Part shown: in pieces, positions 28,788 to 37,132 of the stretch
Layout: each line of letters starts with the position of its first letter
How positions within the stretch are numbered: the first letter of the stretch is position 1
Virus record (IMG/VR): IMGVR_UViG_3300034062_006954
Location: 17,211-81,210 of that record
Source of the DNA: a virus
Direction: 5' to 3' (one strand)
Length of the DNA: 64,000 nucleotides
Position numbers and translations under genes: made by a program
Notes under the pieces: generated by a model
Databases searched by the model: none
Told to the model about the DNA's origin: nothing
The model's input: the letters and a program-made list of their open reading frames with translations, nothing else

Positions 28788-29389
28788 TGTTTTAAATGGT
28801 TCATTAATACTCCACCTAGTGTTGCGGCATGCACTGATAAGTGATTTATGGTTTCTATATCAAGTTTTGTTTTTTTCTTTGTAAAATCAATCCCCAAAGT
28901 ACCTATGAATTTATTATCCAATGTTTTGATTGCAAAAATGTATTGAGATCTACAATTAGTTTCTTCTGCAATGTACTTCAATCCGTATGTTGCAATTGTT
29001 TCATCTTTGAAATCAGCAATTTCGATTACATCATTTTCAAACAATTGGTTTATTGACTTTGTGAACAAGTTTACTGGAAGATTTTTAAAATTATTTTGTT
29101 TTGAGTTTGTATTTGGTCCAACAACTTCATAAATCATACTGAATTTTGCCATTGATTTACCAGTTGGATAAAAATTACCCCCATTATGAAATTGAGTAAC
29201 CCAAACTCTATCACAATTTATTTCATCTCTAATATGTTCAATTTTTGACATTACCAATTCTCCAACTTTAAGAGCATCGTGTAACATATCAGGTTTCTTT
29301 TTTCTTTTATCAAGTAAACTTTTCACATATAGTAACGTTACTGGGCTTATTACACCTGTTATAAAAGCTACAATTATATCTGATGACAT
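28784..29389 (-). CDS. N-terminal TM plus GAF-like domain; candidate T4 gpT-type holin
   Basis: TM 5-25; CDRVWVTQFHNG...IGTLGIDF GAF-like pattern. Confidence 0.55.
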   Translation of the reverse strand: MSSDIIVAFITGVISPVTLLYVKSLLDKRKKKPDMLHDALKVGELVMSKIEHIRDEINCDRVWVTQFHNGGNFYPTGKSMAKFSMIYEVVGPNTNSKQNNFKNLPVNLFTKSINQLFENDVIEIADFKDETIATYGLKYIAEETNCRSQYIFAIKTLDNKFIGTLGIDFTKKKTKLDIETINHLSVHAATLGGVLMNHLKQ

Positions 29390-29492
29390 TTAAATTATTT
29401 TTTTTTGGTTAATTAAACTATAAATATTGACACAAATAAAAAAAGTGTGGATTTCTCCACACTTATCTGAATGTAAGATAAAATACTTACAA

Positions 29493-29798
29493 TTAAACAT
29501 TTTCTTCTTTTGGAACATATGGGTCACTAAATTTCAACCCCCAATTTAAACCAATCATTGCCATTTCTCTTTGGGCATAAACATCGGTAAATTTCATCCT
29601 CTTCTTTATTTCTTTCACACCCCATTTTTGCCACTCATCGTATTGAGCTTGTGTCATAGTCCATTCAGTGTACCAAGGATCTTGTCTGCCTTTAATATCT
29701 TCAAATGTGACATTATGACCAGCTATTTCAAACATCTTATTTAAGATATCTATTAATAGTTTTTCTTTCTTTTGTTCATATGATAATCTCTTTCCCAT
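29493..29798 (-). CDS. Hypothetical protein
   Basis: ORF track. Confidence 0.7.
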   Translation of the reverse strand: MGKRLSYEQKKEKLLIDILNKMFEIAGHNVTFEDIKGRQDPWYTEWTMTQAQYDEWQKWGVKEIKKRMKFTDVYAQREMAMIGLNWGLKFSDPYVPKEENV

Positions 29799-29818
29799 AG
29801 TGATAATTATTTTAATTG

Positions 29819-30298
29819 TTAAGAAAAATCTGTATAAGGTGCAACTCTTAAACCATCAATATATTGTTCTTTTTTTTCAAAATCATGGTGATATTGACGA
29901 GGGTGTTCTCTACGATATTTTTCAGCATCAAGACCATCAGGTTGATTCCATTCAAGTGATATAGTCATAAACTCCTCAACATCTATTTCAGTTCCATATT
30001 CATCAACAATTCTACCAGATTTTATGAAATTAAATAACTCTTCTTTGTTTGAGTAATATTTGTTATCGTGAAAATTCCATAAGAATTTCCATCCCATGCT
30101 TTTTTTACCTAAGTGGATTGAAGTACCCTCAGTGAATATGTCCCAAACGGAGTATCTGTCAAAACCTTTCTCAACATCGGCAAATCTAGATTCAACCATA
30201 GTTGGTGTAAGTTCAAGGTTGGTGACATCCTCAATTAACTTAGTCTTTCTTTGTTCCATTTCTTGGACACTTGGTATCCTGTAATAATTTGTTCCCAT
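29819..30298 (-). CDS. Hypothetical phage protein (MGTNYY...HLGKKSMGW)
   Basis: ORF track; host-type promoter upstream. Confidence 0.75.
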   Translation of the reverse strand: MGTNYYRIPSVQEMEQRKTKLIEDVTNLELTPTMVESRFADVEKGFDRYSVWDIFTEGTSIHLGKKSMGWKFLWNFHDNKYYSNKEELFNFIKSGRIVDEYGTEIDVEEFMTISLEWNQPDGLDAEKYRREHPRQYHHDFEKKEQYIDGLRVAPYTDFS

Positions 30299-30322
30299 TT
30301 TTATTTATGTTTTATTGTCTCA

Positions 30323-30355
30323 CAAAAATAATAAACCCCATTCTAATATCCAAAT
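30323..30355 (-). promoter_or_regulatory. Bacteroidota sigma70-type promoter (TTTG ... TATTTTTG)
   Basis: Minus strand AATTTGG...TTATTTTTGTGAG; related TAnnTTTG boxes near 32090, 34095, 37430, 37928, 42475, 47267. Confidence 0.7.
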
Positions 30356-30388
30356 TAAAATGGGGATTTTTCAATAAATTATCTATAA

Positions 30389-30658
30389 TTAAAAAATCAT
30401 AAAAATATTCTCAGGTTCATAATAAAACTCAATTGATTTACTTCCATCACGATAATTACATTCAACTAAGTATTCATCTTTTGGGAATATAGTTACTTTA
30501 ACATTTGAAATGTAATCATCAAATTCAATTACAAAATCACCATCAAATGTAATTTGTGAATTATAGTTCAATCCAATCAATTCAATAATCTCATAAATTG
30601 ATTTCTGCCAAGTTGTTAATTGATGTTTCATGCTTTCCTTTTTTTTCTTACTCTCCAT
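30389..30658 (-). CDS. Hypothetical protein
   Basis: ORF track. Confidence 0.6.
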   Translation of the reverse strand: MESKKKKESMKHQLTTWQKSIYEIIELIGLNYNSQITFDGDFVIEFDDYISNVKVTIFPKDEYLVECNYRDGSKSIEFYYEPENIFMIF

Positions 30659-30725
30659 AGTACTATGAAGAATAAAGTCATTAAAATTGCAGTCATTATT
30701 TTGTTATACAAATCCATTATCTTTC

Positions 30726-30986
30726 TCATTTTTTTGAAAACTCTTCGTTTAGTAAATATAATCTTTCCTTCAAATCCATTCTAGTTTTTTCCAAAATTGA
30801 TTTAATAATTTCGTCATCTGATAAATTGATGTATCTAGAAACTTTGAATTTGCAATCAGAAACCCCTTCTATTTTCATATTTAGATTTTTGGATCTGATG
30901 AGATGATTTATAGTTGATAAATTAGACTCAACTTTTCCAATCTGTTCTTTTAGTTTTAGTATTTCTTCAAATTTTTCTTCAGTCAT
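30726..30986 (-). CDS. Hypothetical protein
   Basis: ORF track. Confidence 0.65.
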   Translation of the reverse strand: MTEEKFEEILKLKEQIGKVESNLSTINHLIRSKNLNMKIEGVSDCKFKVSRYINLSDDEIIKSILEKTRMDLKERLYLLNEEFSKK

Positions 30987-30991
30987 AATTT

Positions 30992-31483
30992 TTATATTAA
31001 TTGTAAATTATTTTTTTCACAAAACCAAGAGGGAATTTCACGATTTCTCCAAGATGCAAAACTTTTTTTTGCCCCAAGATAATAATTTCTATAACTCTCG
31101 ATTACTGATTTTACTTTGAATTCATCAGGCATTGCTTTTGGTGGTTCAGTAAAACCTTTGTCACAAATATTGATATTATTTATGACACACCACTCTATGA
31201 CATCCTGAGATTTGTGTCTTTTACCATATCTGTAAGTATATTCTTTACACAATTCCAACCCCAACTCACACAGGTAATAATAATTAGATAAGGATTCTCT
31301 AACCCATATTGAACAAGGGTGGTTTTTGTGGGATAATTTATAAGGAATATCCAAGTTGGAATTAGTTACGTGATGAGAGGAACACAATAGTTGTGCGGTC
31401 TCCAATATCATTTTAACTACATGTTTGTCACAATGGTATTTTGCACATTTAACAACATCATAATCCAAAAAGAAGATATTCAT
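30992..31483 (-). CDS. Pyrimidine-dimer DNA glycosylase (DenV-like family)
   Basis: MNIFFLD...HCDKHVVKMILE.AQLL..HKNHPC..W...EY.YRYGK.H. Confidence 0.85.
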   Translation of the reverse strand: MNIFFLDYDVVKCAKYHCDKHVVKMILETAQLLCSSHHVTNSNLDIPYKLSHKNHPCSIWVRESLSNYYYLCELGLELCKEYTYRYGKRHKSQDVIEWCVINNINICDKGFTEPPKAMPDEFKVKSVIESYRNYYLGAKKSFASWRNREIPSWFCEKNNLQLI

Positions 31484-31908
31484 TATTTTTTATCTTGAAC
31501 GGTGAACGGATGAACTTTTAATTTTGCGGTTTGTTCCTTATCCATATGTTTTAGGAAACCATTAATATAACCAATAATATTAGAAGCTCCAATAGGGTTT
31601 GCGGAATGGACATATACTTGAGGGAAAGGACTTGTAAAGTTGTCCATATAGTGTCCAACCAACCATTTAGCGGCATCATAACCAGTTTTTTCTTGAATGT
31701 TATCATAATCTAATAGTCCTCTATTCATTACATTATTATAGAATTCTTCAATTGCAGTATCACCCAAATCGTGGTCAAATGATATTACATCAATATTATC
31801 TAAACCAAGTTCAGATATTTTTTTGATGAATTGACCATAATTTCTTACAACAATCCAATTTTTGTCGTCAGGAATTCTTTCATCATCCAAATATATTTTG
31901 TAACCCAT
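31483..31908 (-). CDS. Cyclic-phosphate-processing receiver-like domain protein
   Basis: IYLDDER; ISFDHDLG; TGYD.AKW; VHSANP.G; start moved to MGYKIY. Confidence 0.8.
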   Translation of the reverse strand: MGYKIYLDDERIPDDKNWIVVRNYGQFIKKISELGLDNIDVISFDHDLGDTAIEEFYNNVMNRGLLDYDNIQEKTGYDAAKWLVGHYMDNFTSPFPQVYVHSANPIGASNIIGYINGFLKHMDKEQTAKLKVHPFTVQDKK

Positions 31909-32071
31909 AGTTATTTTTTTTATCTTTTCTAGAATATTGTTTATCACTTTTATGTACTTTATGTACTGAAGAAAATCCATTAGGATTTTTCTCTAAATAT
32001 TCTAATCTATAACCATTACCAATTGCATTGATAGTTAATTTCATTTTATTCTTCGTTTTCATAGTCTTCAT
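31883..32071 (-). CDS. Small basic hypothetical protein
   Basis: ORF track; TATCTTTG promoter upstream. Confidence 0.55.
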   Translation of the reverse strand: MKTMKTKNKMKLTINAIGNGYRLEYLEKNPNGFSSVHKVHKSDKQYSRKDKKNNYGLQNIFG

Positions 32072-32108
32072 TTTTTTAAAGGTGTGTCACAAAGATAAAA
32101 AAACTTTT

Positions 32109-32441
32109 TTATTCGTACAATTTTTTTCTAATAAATTCTCCTAAATCTGAATCATTTGGGTAATTTAATATTTCAGTCTTATCAAGACAATATATTTCTT
32201 TAGATGGTAAATCATTTGCATCCAAATTATAAAATTCAATCAAATCAATAACTTTCATCAATTTGTGTGTTGTTTCACCAGAGTCACCCCATTCACTTAT
32301 TACATGGTATCTAAATTGCCATCCTGATGGAAGTATTTTAACCACAAATGGTTCTGATTCACCATGAGGAAATAAAGTGGTAATATTAGGTTGTTTTTTT
32401 ACTATTTGCATTTTATTTGTTTTTACAATCTTTAATCCCAT
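32109..32441 (-). CDS. Hypothetical protein
   Basis: ORF track. Confidence 0.65.
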   Translation of the reverse strand: MGLKIVKTNKMQIVKKQPNITTLFPHGESEPFVVKILPSGWQFRYHVISEWGDSGETTHKLMKVIDLIEFYNLDANDLPSKEIYCLDKTEILNYPNDSDLGEFIRKKLYE

Positions 32442-32652
32442 CTTTATACCCTTTTAAATAAATAGAATTATTTTTATTCTTTAATTCAATTGGTATTAGT
32501 GGATTTTTGGGGTATATAGCAATACCAATTATCCCAATAACAAAACCTGCGATAAACATATATAAACCTCTTTTATTTAAAATAAAGAAGGAACTTATAA
32601 TTAAACTAATTCCTAACGCAACAATAGTAGAACCAATAATTGTCATTACCAT
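32413..32652 (-). CDS. Small two-TM membrane protein
   Basis: Start moved to MVMTII to avoid overlap with the tRNA. Confidence 0.6.
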   Translation of the reverse strand: MVMTIIGSTIVALGISLIISSFFILNKRGLYMFIAGFVIGIIGIAIYPKNPLIPIELKNKNNSIYLKGYKDGIKDCKNK

Positions 32653-32673
32653 TTTTTTGTTTTTTAAAGTTAG

Positions 32674-32756
32674 TACCCCCTGAGAGACTCGAACTCTCAC
32701 GCCATTACGGCCAATGATTCTAAGTCATTGATGTCTACCAATTCCAACAAAGGGGT
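32674..32756 (-). tRNA. tRNA-Leu(TAG)
   Basis: Cloverleaf, CT-TAG-AA loop, long variable arm. Confidence 0.92.
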
Positions 32757-33018
32757 ATAAATATGTTCAGCTTATCTGGGAACTTATCGGAAACCCTAAA
32801 CACCGACCTAAGCGGGCGTGGGGGTTCAAAAGACGAAGAGACCGAACCTTAAATCATATATACCAGTTTTCTCTATATATGATAGTTAAATGGGGTTTAA
32901 AAACCCAACCCATATTTGATTAAAAATACCAATCCAAGTACAACTAAGGCTAATATAGATACACCAAACATTTGTATTGAAAATTCTCTTTGATTTTTTG
33001 TTTTTCCTTGATTGTCCA

Positions 33019-33261
33019 TTATAAAAATTTTTGAAAGTCCATAAAATGTTTATCTACCCACATTTTTCCTGTTACTTGTGTTGAGTGCTGTGTTTTACTT
33101 TCATCAAATATATTAGACATTGTTTTTCTTTCGGATTCTAATTCATCCCAAAGATAAGAAATTACCAAATTTAATTTTCTTCTTTCTTCTGATTCAACTT
33201 TAGATTCTCTCACAAGTTGCTCAACCTTTGTAATAACATTTTGAATGGGTGTGTTTTTCAT
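33019..33261 (-). CDS. Hypothetical protein
   Basis: Start moved to MKNTP. Confidence 0.6.
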   Translation of the reverse strand: MKNTPIQNVITKVEQLVRESKVESEERRKLNLVISYLWDELESERKTMSNIFDESKTQHSTQVTGKMWVDKHFMDFQKFL

Positions 33262-33277
33262 TTTTAAGTTAATATTT

Positions 33278-33454
33278 TTATTCATTAATGTCAAGTTCCA
33301 ACTGACTCTCACTAAATATATGTAACATTCCGTTGTCAATTAATTCGGCAACTACTCTAATATCTCCTGAAGTCGTTTGAAATACTGCAACAACAATGCC
33401 AGGGAATTTGTAACCTTTCGGTTTATAAACTTTGTCTCCTATTTTAAATTTCAT
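33278..33454 (-). CDS. 58-aa SH3-like protein resembling the DfrB (R67 DHFR) fold; absent from the ORF track
   Basis: MKFKIGDKVYKPKGYKFPGIVVAVFQTTSGDIRVVAELIDNGMLHIFSESQLELDINE. Confidence 0.6.
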   Translation of the reverse strand: MKFKIGDKVYKPKGYKFPGIVVAVFQTTSGDIRVVAELIDNGMLHIFSESQLELDINE

Positions 33455-33472
33455 ATTCTATTTTAGTTTTTA

Positions 33473-33736
33473 TTAATTTAATTTATCAATTTCCATACAA
33501 TACAAATTGTACTCCTGTATTTCCCCCTCAAATCTATATTTGTAAATTCCCTCAAATATGTCACCACCATATTTAGAATAATAAGGTTCATAACCCAAGT
33601 ATTCTACATCTTTATCCTGATAATATGGGGGCATCCCCATATATTCATCCAAGAGATCCTTAGCTTTTTCCATGCTGGTTGCTGTTATTACTGGGATTCT
33701 ATCTCCCCTGTCTACTAAAAGATATATTAGTACCAT
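33473..33736 (-). CDS. Hypothetical protein
   Basis: ORF track. Confidence 0.65.
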   Translation of the reverse strand: MVLIYLLVDRGDRIPVITATSMEKAKDLLDEYMGMPPYYQDKDVEYLGYEPYYSKYGGDIFEGIYKYRFEGEIQEYNLYCMEIDKLN

Positions 33737-33841
33737 AGTTGTAAGTTTTTATAAGTTTCTGGTTTTACTATTCCAAACCTTAAAGTCAGGCAACATTCGA
33801 AGTGTCAGCCACTACTTGTGAATTATCAGGTGTCACAACCA

Positions 33842-34072
33842 TTAGAAATATTTTCTTGAAACATACCCCTCAGTTCCCAAACTTGGTGGGGTATTATTTT
33901 CACCAAGAGAAAGATACATATACCCTTTGTAAGCTTTCGCCTCTAATAAAACTCTTTCTAACATTGTGATAATACCATTTTTTTCTTCTATGGTATAACT
34001 TGGATTTGCAAGTTGTTCGTTAGCGAAGTTTTTAATGTATTGAACATTGATTGTTTTTTTCTCTTTAGCCAT
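33842..34072 (-). CDS. Hypothetical protein
   Basis: ORF track; TATATTTG promoter upstream. Confidence 0.7.
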   Translation of the reverse strand: MAKEKKTINVQYIKNFANEQLANPSYTIEEKNGIITMLERVLLEAKAYKGYMYLSLGENNTPPSLGTEGYVSRKYF

Positions 34073-34126
34073 TGTGTTATTGTTTAAGTGTTCACAAATA
34101 TAAGAAGAGTTTTTTAATTACACAAT

Positions 34127-34432
34127 CTATTTGGATATTTTTTTATAAACAAAAGTTAGTGTGTCTCCAATCTTATACACATCATTTCTTCTTGTAACAA
34201 AAGTTTGACCACAATTAGTTCGATAATGATATCTATTCCCAGGTTCAATAGTGGAGGGAGAATCTGTTACAAACATACTATCAATTACACAATGTTTAAC
34301 AATATCACCTTCCTCAATTTTAAAATCGTTCTTTCGATTTAAAATAGCTATCAATAATGACATTGATAAAAAAAATAGAAATAAAAAAGGAATTAGATAT
34401 TTTAAGAAGTTCATAAGTTTTGAATTACCCAT
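34127..34432 (-). CDS. Membrane-anchored protein
   Basis: N-terminal TM. Confidence 0.65.
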   Translation of the reverse strand: MGNSKLMNFLKYLIPFLFLFFLSMSLLIAILNRKNDFKIEEGDIVKHCVIDSMFVTDSPSTIEPGNRYHYRTNCGQTFVTRRNDVYKIGDTLTFVYKKISK

Positions 34433-35004
34433 TGAGAAAATTTTCTATGACCAGATGCACCAAAATGAATACCATCACCAGTATCTGAATATACCATTGT
34501 TGTATCCATTGGAATTATTTTGCAGTTTTTAAGACCAGTTTCAGGATGAACCATTAATTTTTGAAATTCAATGTATCTACCAACACATCTTTTAGTTGTC
34601 GCTTCATCATAAACTGTTCTAGTTGTTACTTGTGCAGGATTAAATCCAACAATGACGACAGGTATAATTTTTCTTCTATTACAAGAATCAACCATCCCTT
34701 GAATGTTATTTACGGCACCTTGTAAATTTACATAAGAAAAAGCATCATTACAACCCCCATAGATGAAAACATAAGAAAATGATGAATCTTTTTTGAGATG
34801 GTTGTTTAATGCGTTTTTCATATAGTCAGTTCTTACACCACCAACTGAAATGTTTACACTTTGATAACCAAAATGTTTACAAACTTGGTCTTGCCAACCA
34901 CCCCTTGCACAAGTTAAACTATCACCAACAAATAATACTCTGAGGGGTGGTGTTGAAAATGATGTTAATAACACCAAAGATAAAAATAAAAGTAGTTTTT
35001 TCAT
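34411..35004 (-). CDS. Exported SGNH/GDSL hydrolase
   Basis: Signal peptide; FVGDSLT; G; GCND; DGIH. Confidence 0.88.
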   Translation of the reverse strand: MKKLLLFLSLVLLTSFSTPPLRVLFVGDSLTCARGGWQDQVCKHFGYQSVNISVGGVRTDYMKNALNNHLKKDSSFSYVFIYGGCNDAFSYVNLQGAVNNIQGMVDSCNRRKIIPVVIVGFNPAQVTTRTVYDEATTKRCVGRYIEFQKLMVHPETGLKNCKIIPMDTTMVYSDTGDGIHFGASGHRKFSQWVIQNL

Positions 35005-35038
35005 AAAATAATTTTTTATTAATATATATCCTAATTTG

Positions 35039-35109
35039 AGCGGATAGTTGGTACTGCCCCAACTTATCTAGTTTGGAAGACTAGAACATTACTTTTATGC
35101 TATACCCAC
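35039..35109 (-). tRNA. tRNA-Gly(TCC), non-canonical T loop
   Basis: CT-TCC-AA; T loop GGCAGTA. Confidence 0.85.
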
Positions 35110-35122
35110 TGATTATAATATG

Positions 35123-35196
35123 TGGAGGATATCGGCTTTGCTCCGATCACCTCTTGCTTGCAAAACAAGTGCTCTTGCTGAATGAGCTAATCCCCC
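35123..35196 (-). tRNA. tRNA-Ala(TGC), non-canonical T loop
   Basis: G3-U70; TT-TGC-AA; T loop AGCAAAG. Confidence 0.87.
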
Positions 35197-35202
35197 TTTT
35201 AG

Positions 35203-35274
35203 TACACCCACCTAGAATCGAACTAGGAATTTATCTTTAGAAGAGATGAGTTATATCCGTTTAACTATGGGTGC
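35203..35274 (-). tRNA. tRNA-Arg(TCT)
   Basis: CT-TCT-AA, TTCGATT. Confidence 0.9.
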
Positions 35275-35280
35275 ATAATT

Positions 35281-35490
35281 TCCCCACCTTGAGATTACTG
35301 GTGAGTAGTTATTTCGGTTTTCTTGCTTTCAATAAACCTGCGAGGCATCCCTCTTAAAATTAGTCACACATACGAAGGAGGGGGTGTGCATCCACCTTTA
35401 ACCCTAAGATTCGGCATTCCGTTGTCCGAATTGAACGGGTTCATTGTTAAATGAGTCTTGAACCAAAGACTGCTGAGTATCCCTTACTCA
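35281..35490 (-). ncRNA. Unclassified structured RNA between tRNA-Thr and tRNA-Arg
   Basis: GC-rich, no convincing ORF, several hairpins; TGAGTA...TACTCA-CCA could close it. Confidence 0.5.
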
Positions 35491-35493
35491 TTG

Positions 35494-35567
35494 AGCCGAC
35501 AGAGGGATTCGAACCCACGACCCCGAGATTACAAATCACGTGCTCTGGCCATCTGAGCTATGTCGGC
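35494..35567 (-). tRNA. tRNA-Thr(TGT)
   Basis: TT-TGT-AA, TTCGAAT. Confidence 0.93.
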
Positions 35568-35568
35568 A

Positions 35569-35799
35569 TTATTTAAAATTCCAAATACCACCTGCTAAAC
35601 ATTTGAAGTCATCGTAACTTGTAACCCTAATTGGGTTGTCTTCATATTTCCATCTTTTACAAGTGATATAGATTTCTCCAAACCATTTATTCTTTTTAAG
35701 GAAAGTATATATACCATTACGAGATTTAATGTGTATTTTATCCCCATTCTTGAGTTTTTTTAACTCAAATAATCTTTTCTGTTCCTCAAATGTTTGCAT
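35569..35799 (-). CDS. Hypothetical protein
   Basis: Start moved to MQTFEE to avoid overlap with the tRNA. Confidence 0.6.
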   Translation of the reverse strand: MQTFEEQKRLFELKKLKNGDKIHIKSRNGIYTFLKKNKWFGEIYITCKRWKYEDNPIRVTSYDDFKCLAGGIWNFK

Positions 35800-35814
35800 A
35801 TGATAATTTGTTAG

Positions 35815-35889
35815 ATGCAAGAGCGGGAGTCGAACCCGCATGGTACGGCTTATGAGACCGAGCTGGAACCACTTCCAGTCCATCTTGCA
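35815..35889 (-). tRNA. tRNA-Met(CAT)
   Basis: CT-CAT-AA; TGCAAGA/TCTTGCA acceptor. Confidence 0.88.
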
Positions 35890-35898
35890 ATGCGTTTG

Positions 35899-35970
35899 AC
35901 GCAAAGGAAGGAATCGAACCTACTACCTTTGGGTTATGAGCCCAATGTGCAACCACTACACTTCTTTGCA
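35899..35970 (-). tRNA. tRNA-fMet(CAT), initiator-like
   Basis: GGG/CCC in anticodon stem; weak U-G 1:72 pair. Confidence 0.85.
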
Positions 35971-35980
35971 TAATGTTTAG

Positions 35981-36112
35981 TTGATTAATAAGGAATCGAA
36001 CCTTAATCCCCAGTCCCTTATTCCTATCGTCACCCGCTATTGTCTCCTATTAGGGATATCGTTGCAGGTTATTGTCAGCCAGGGGGACTATGTGCCCACT
36101 ACACCATAATCA
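35981..36112 (-). ncRNA. tRNA-like RNA with greatly expanded anticodon arm
   Basis: TGATTA/TAATCA acceptor, GTG-TAGTGGG-CAC D arm, TAAGG-TTCGATT-CCTTA T arm; AGTCCC/GGGACT stem enclosing ~65 nt. Confidence 0.7.
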
Positions 36113-36162
36113 TTCGAGAGTTTCGAACCTCTCAGCCACAGATTAATTACTTCTGTGATTTG

Positions 36163-36234
36163 TATTCCGTATGGGATTCGAACCCATGACTGGTCATAGA
36201 AAGTGACCCGTGATAACCCCTTCACTAACGGAAC
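36163..36234 (-). tRNA. tRNA-Glu(TTC), U at position 37
   Basis: GGTCA-CTTTCTA-TGACC. Confidence 0.88.
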
Positions 36235-36243
36235 ATATTATAA

Positions 36244-36399
36244 TTAAATTCTTGGTAAAACTTTAGCCAACTTTCTTTTTTTCTCAATTTTTAGTTTAGC
36301 TTGGGTTTCAGCTTCTTCTTGAGAAACTTTAACAACATTGAGATAAAATTCGTAGGTAGCTTTGTAAAGGACTTTTTCCGCACCAATTAAGTTTTCCAT
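36244..36399 (-). CDS. Small hypothetical protein (51 aa)
   Basis: Manual translation MENLIGAEKVLYKATYEFY...; behind a repeated promoter-like element. Confidence 0.6.
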   Translation of the reverse strand: MENLIGAEKVLYKATYEFYLNVVKVSQEEAETQAKLKIEKKRKLAKVLPRI

Positions 36400-36482
36400 T
36401 TTGATTTGTTTTTGTGTGTTAATAAATCTTACATTACTATAAACCTTTCATCTCATCATTTAGTTCCAAGGTTTAAAACTTT

Positions 36483-36623
36483 TTAATTATTAAGTTCATT
36501 AACACATATCTTCTTGGCCTCCTGTCTCGCAGCTTTCTTAGCCGCTTTAGCACCTTTAATCCAAGTAGAAAAAAGCTGTCTCAAATCACCAACTCTCTCA
36601 GTTTTATTAGAATACGCTTTCAT
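36483..36623 (-). CDS. Small basic protein
   Basis: MKAYSNK... start behind the repeat element. Confidence 0.55.
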   Translation of the reverse strand: MKAYSNKTERVGDLRQLFSTWIKGAKAAKKAARQEAKKICVNELNN

Positions 36624-36712
36624 AGTTTTTAAATTTTGTGTTTTTAATAATCTTATATTACTATAAACCATTTTACCTTTCATTTAGTTCCAAGAACTAA
36701 AACTTTTTTTTG

Positions 36713-36820
36713 TTGTCAGGACAGGATTCGAACCTATATCCCTAAGGTTGTTTAAAGAATACTATTCTCCCTTAGACGTTACTCTATTGTGGTATTCATT
36801 CCCACTTACGCCACCTGACT
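36713..36820 (-). ncRNA. tRNA-like RNA with inserted D-loop hairpin and 22-nt anticodon-position loop
   Basis: GTCAGG/CCTGAC acceptor; ATAGG-TTCGAAT-CCTGT T arm; CTAAGG/CCTTAG stem. Confidence 0.7.
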
Positions 36821-36953
36821 AAAGTTGTATAGTAGTTTTCAAATTAGGCATTCATATCTTTTACATAAAAGCTTGGATACGGCTTACTGATACAACTATT
36901 ATTTAAACCATTTTACCTTTCATTTAGTTCTAAGGTTTAGAACTTTTTTTTTG

Positions 36954-37039
36954 TGGGTGCCGAGGGATTCGAACCCCCAAGTTTAGCACATAGCAACTGA
37001 TTTACAGTCAGCCTCCTTCACCAATTTGGATAGACACCC
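36954..37039 (-). tRNA. tRNA-Tyr(GTA)
   Basis: CT-GTA-AA, long variable arm. Confidence 0.92.
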
Positions 37040-37048
37040 TTGTTATTG

Positions 37049-37132
37049 TACCCAGGGCGGGACTCGAACCCGCACGGACATTCTGTCCACAAGATTTTAA
37101 GTCTTGCGTGGCTACCATTACACCACCTAGGC
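37049..37132 (-). tRNA. tRNA-Leu(TAA)
   Basis: CT-TAA-AA, long variable arm. Confidence 0.93.

Noticed and set aside
33770-33840. Possible small RNA
   Set aside because: Only short hairpins; insufficient support.
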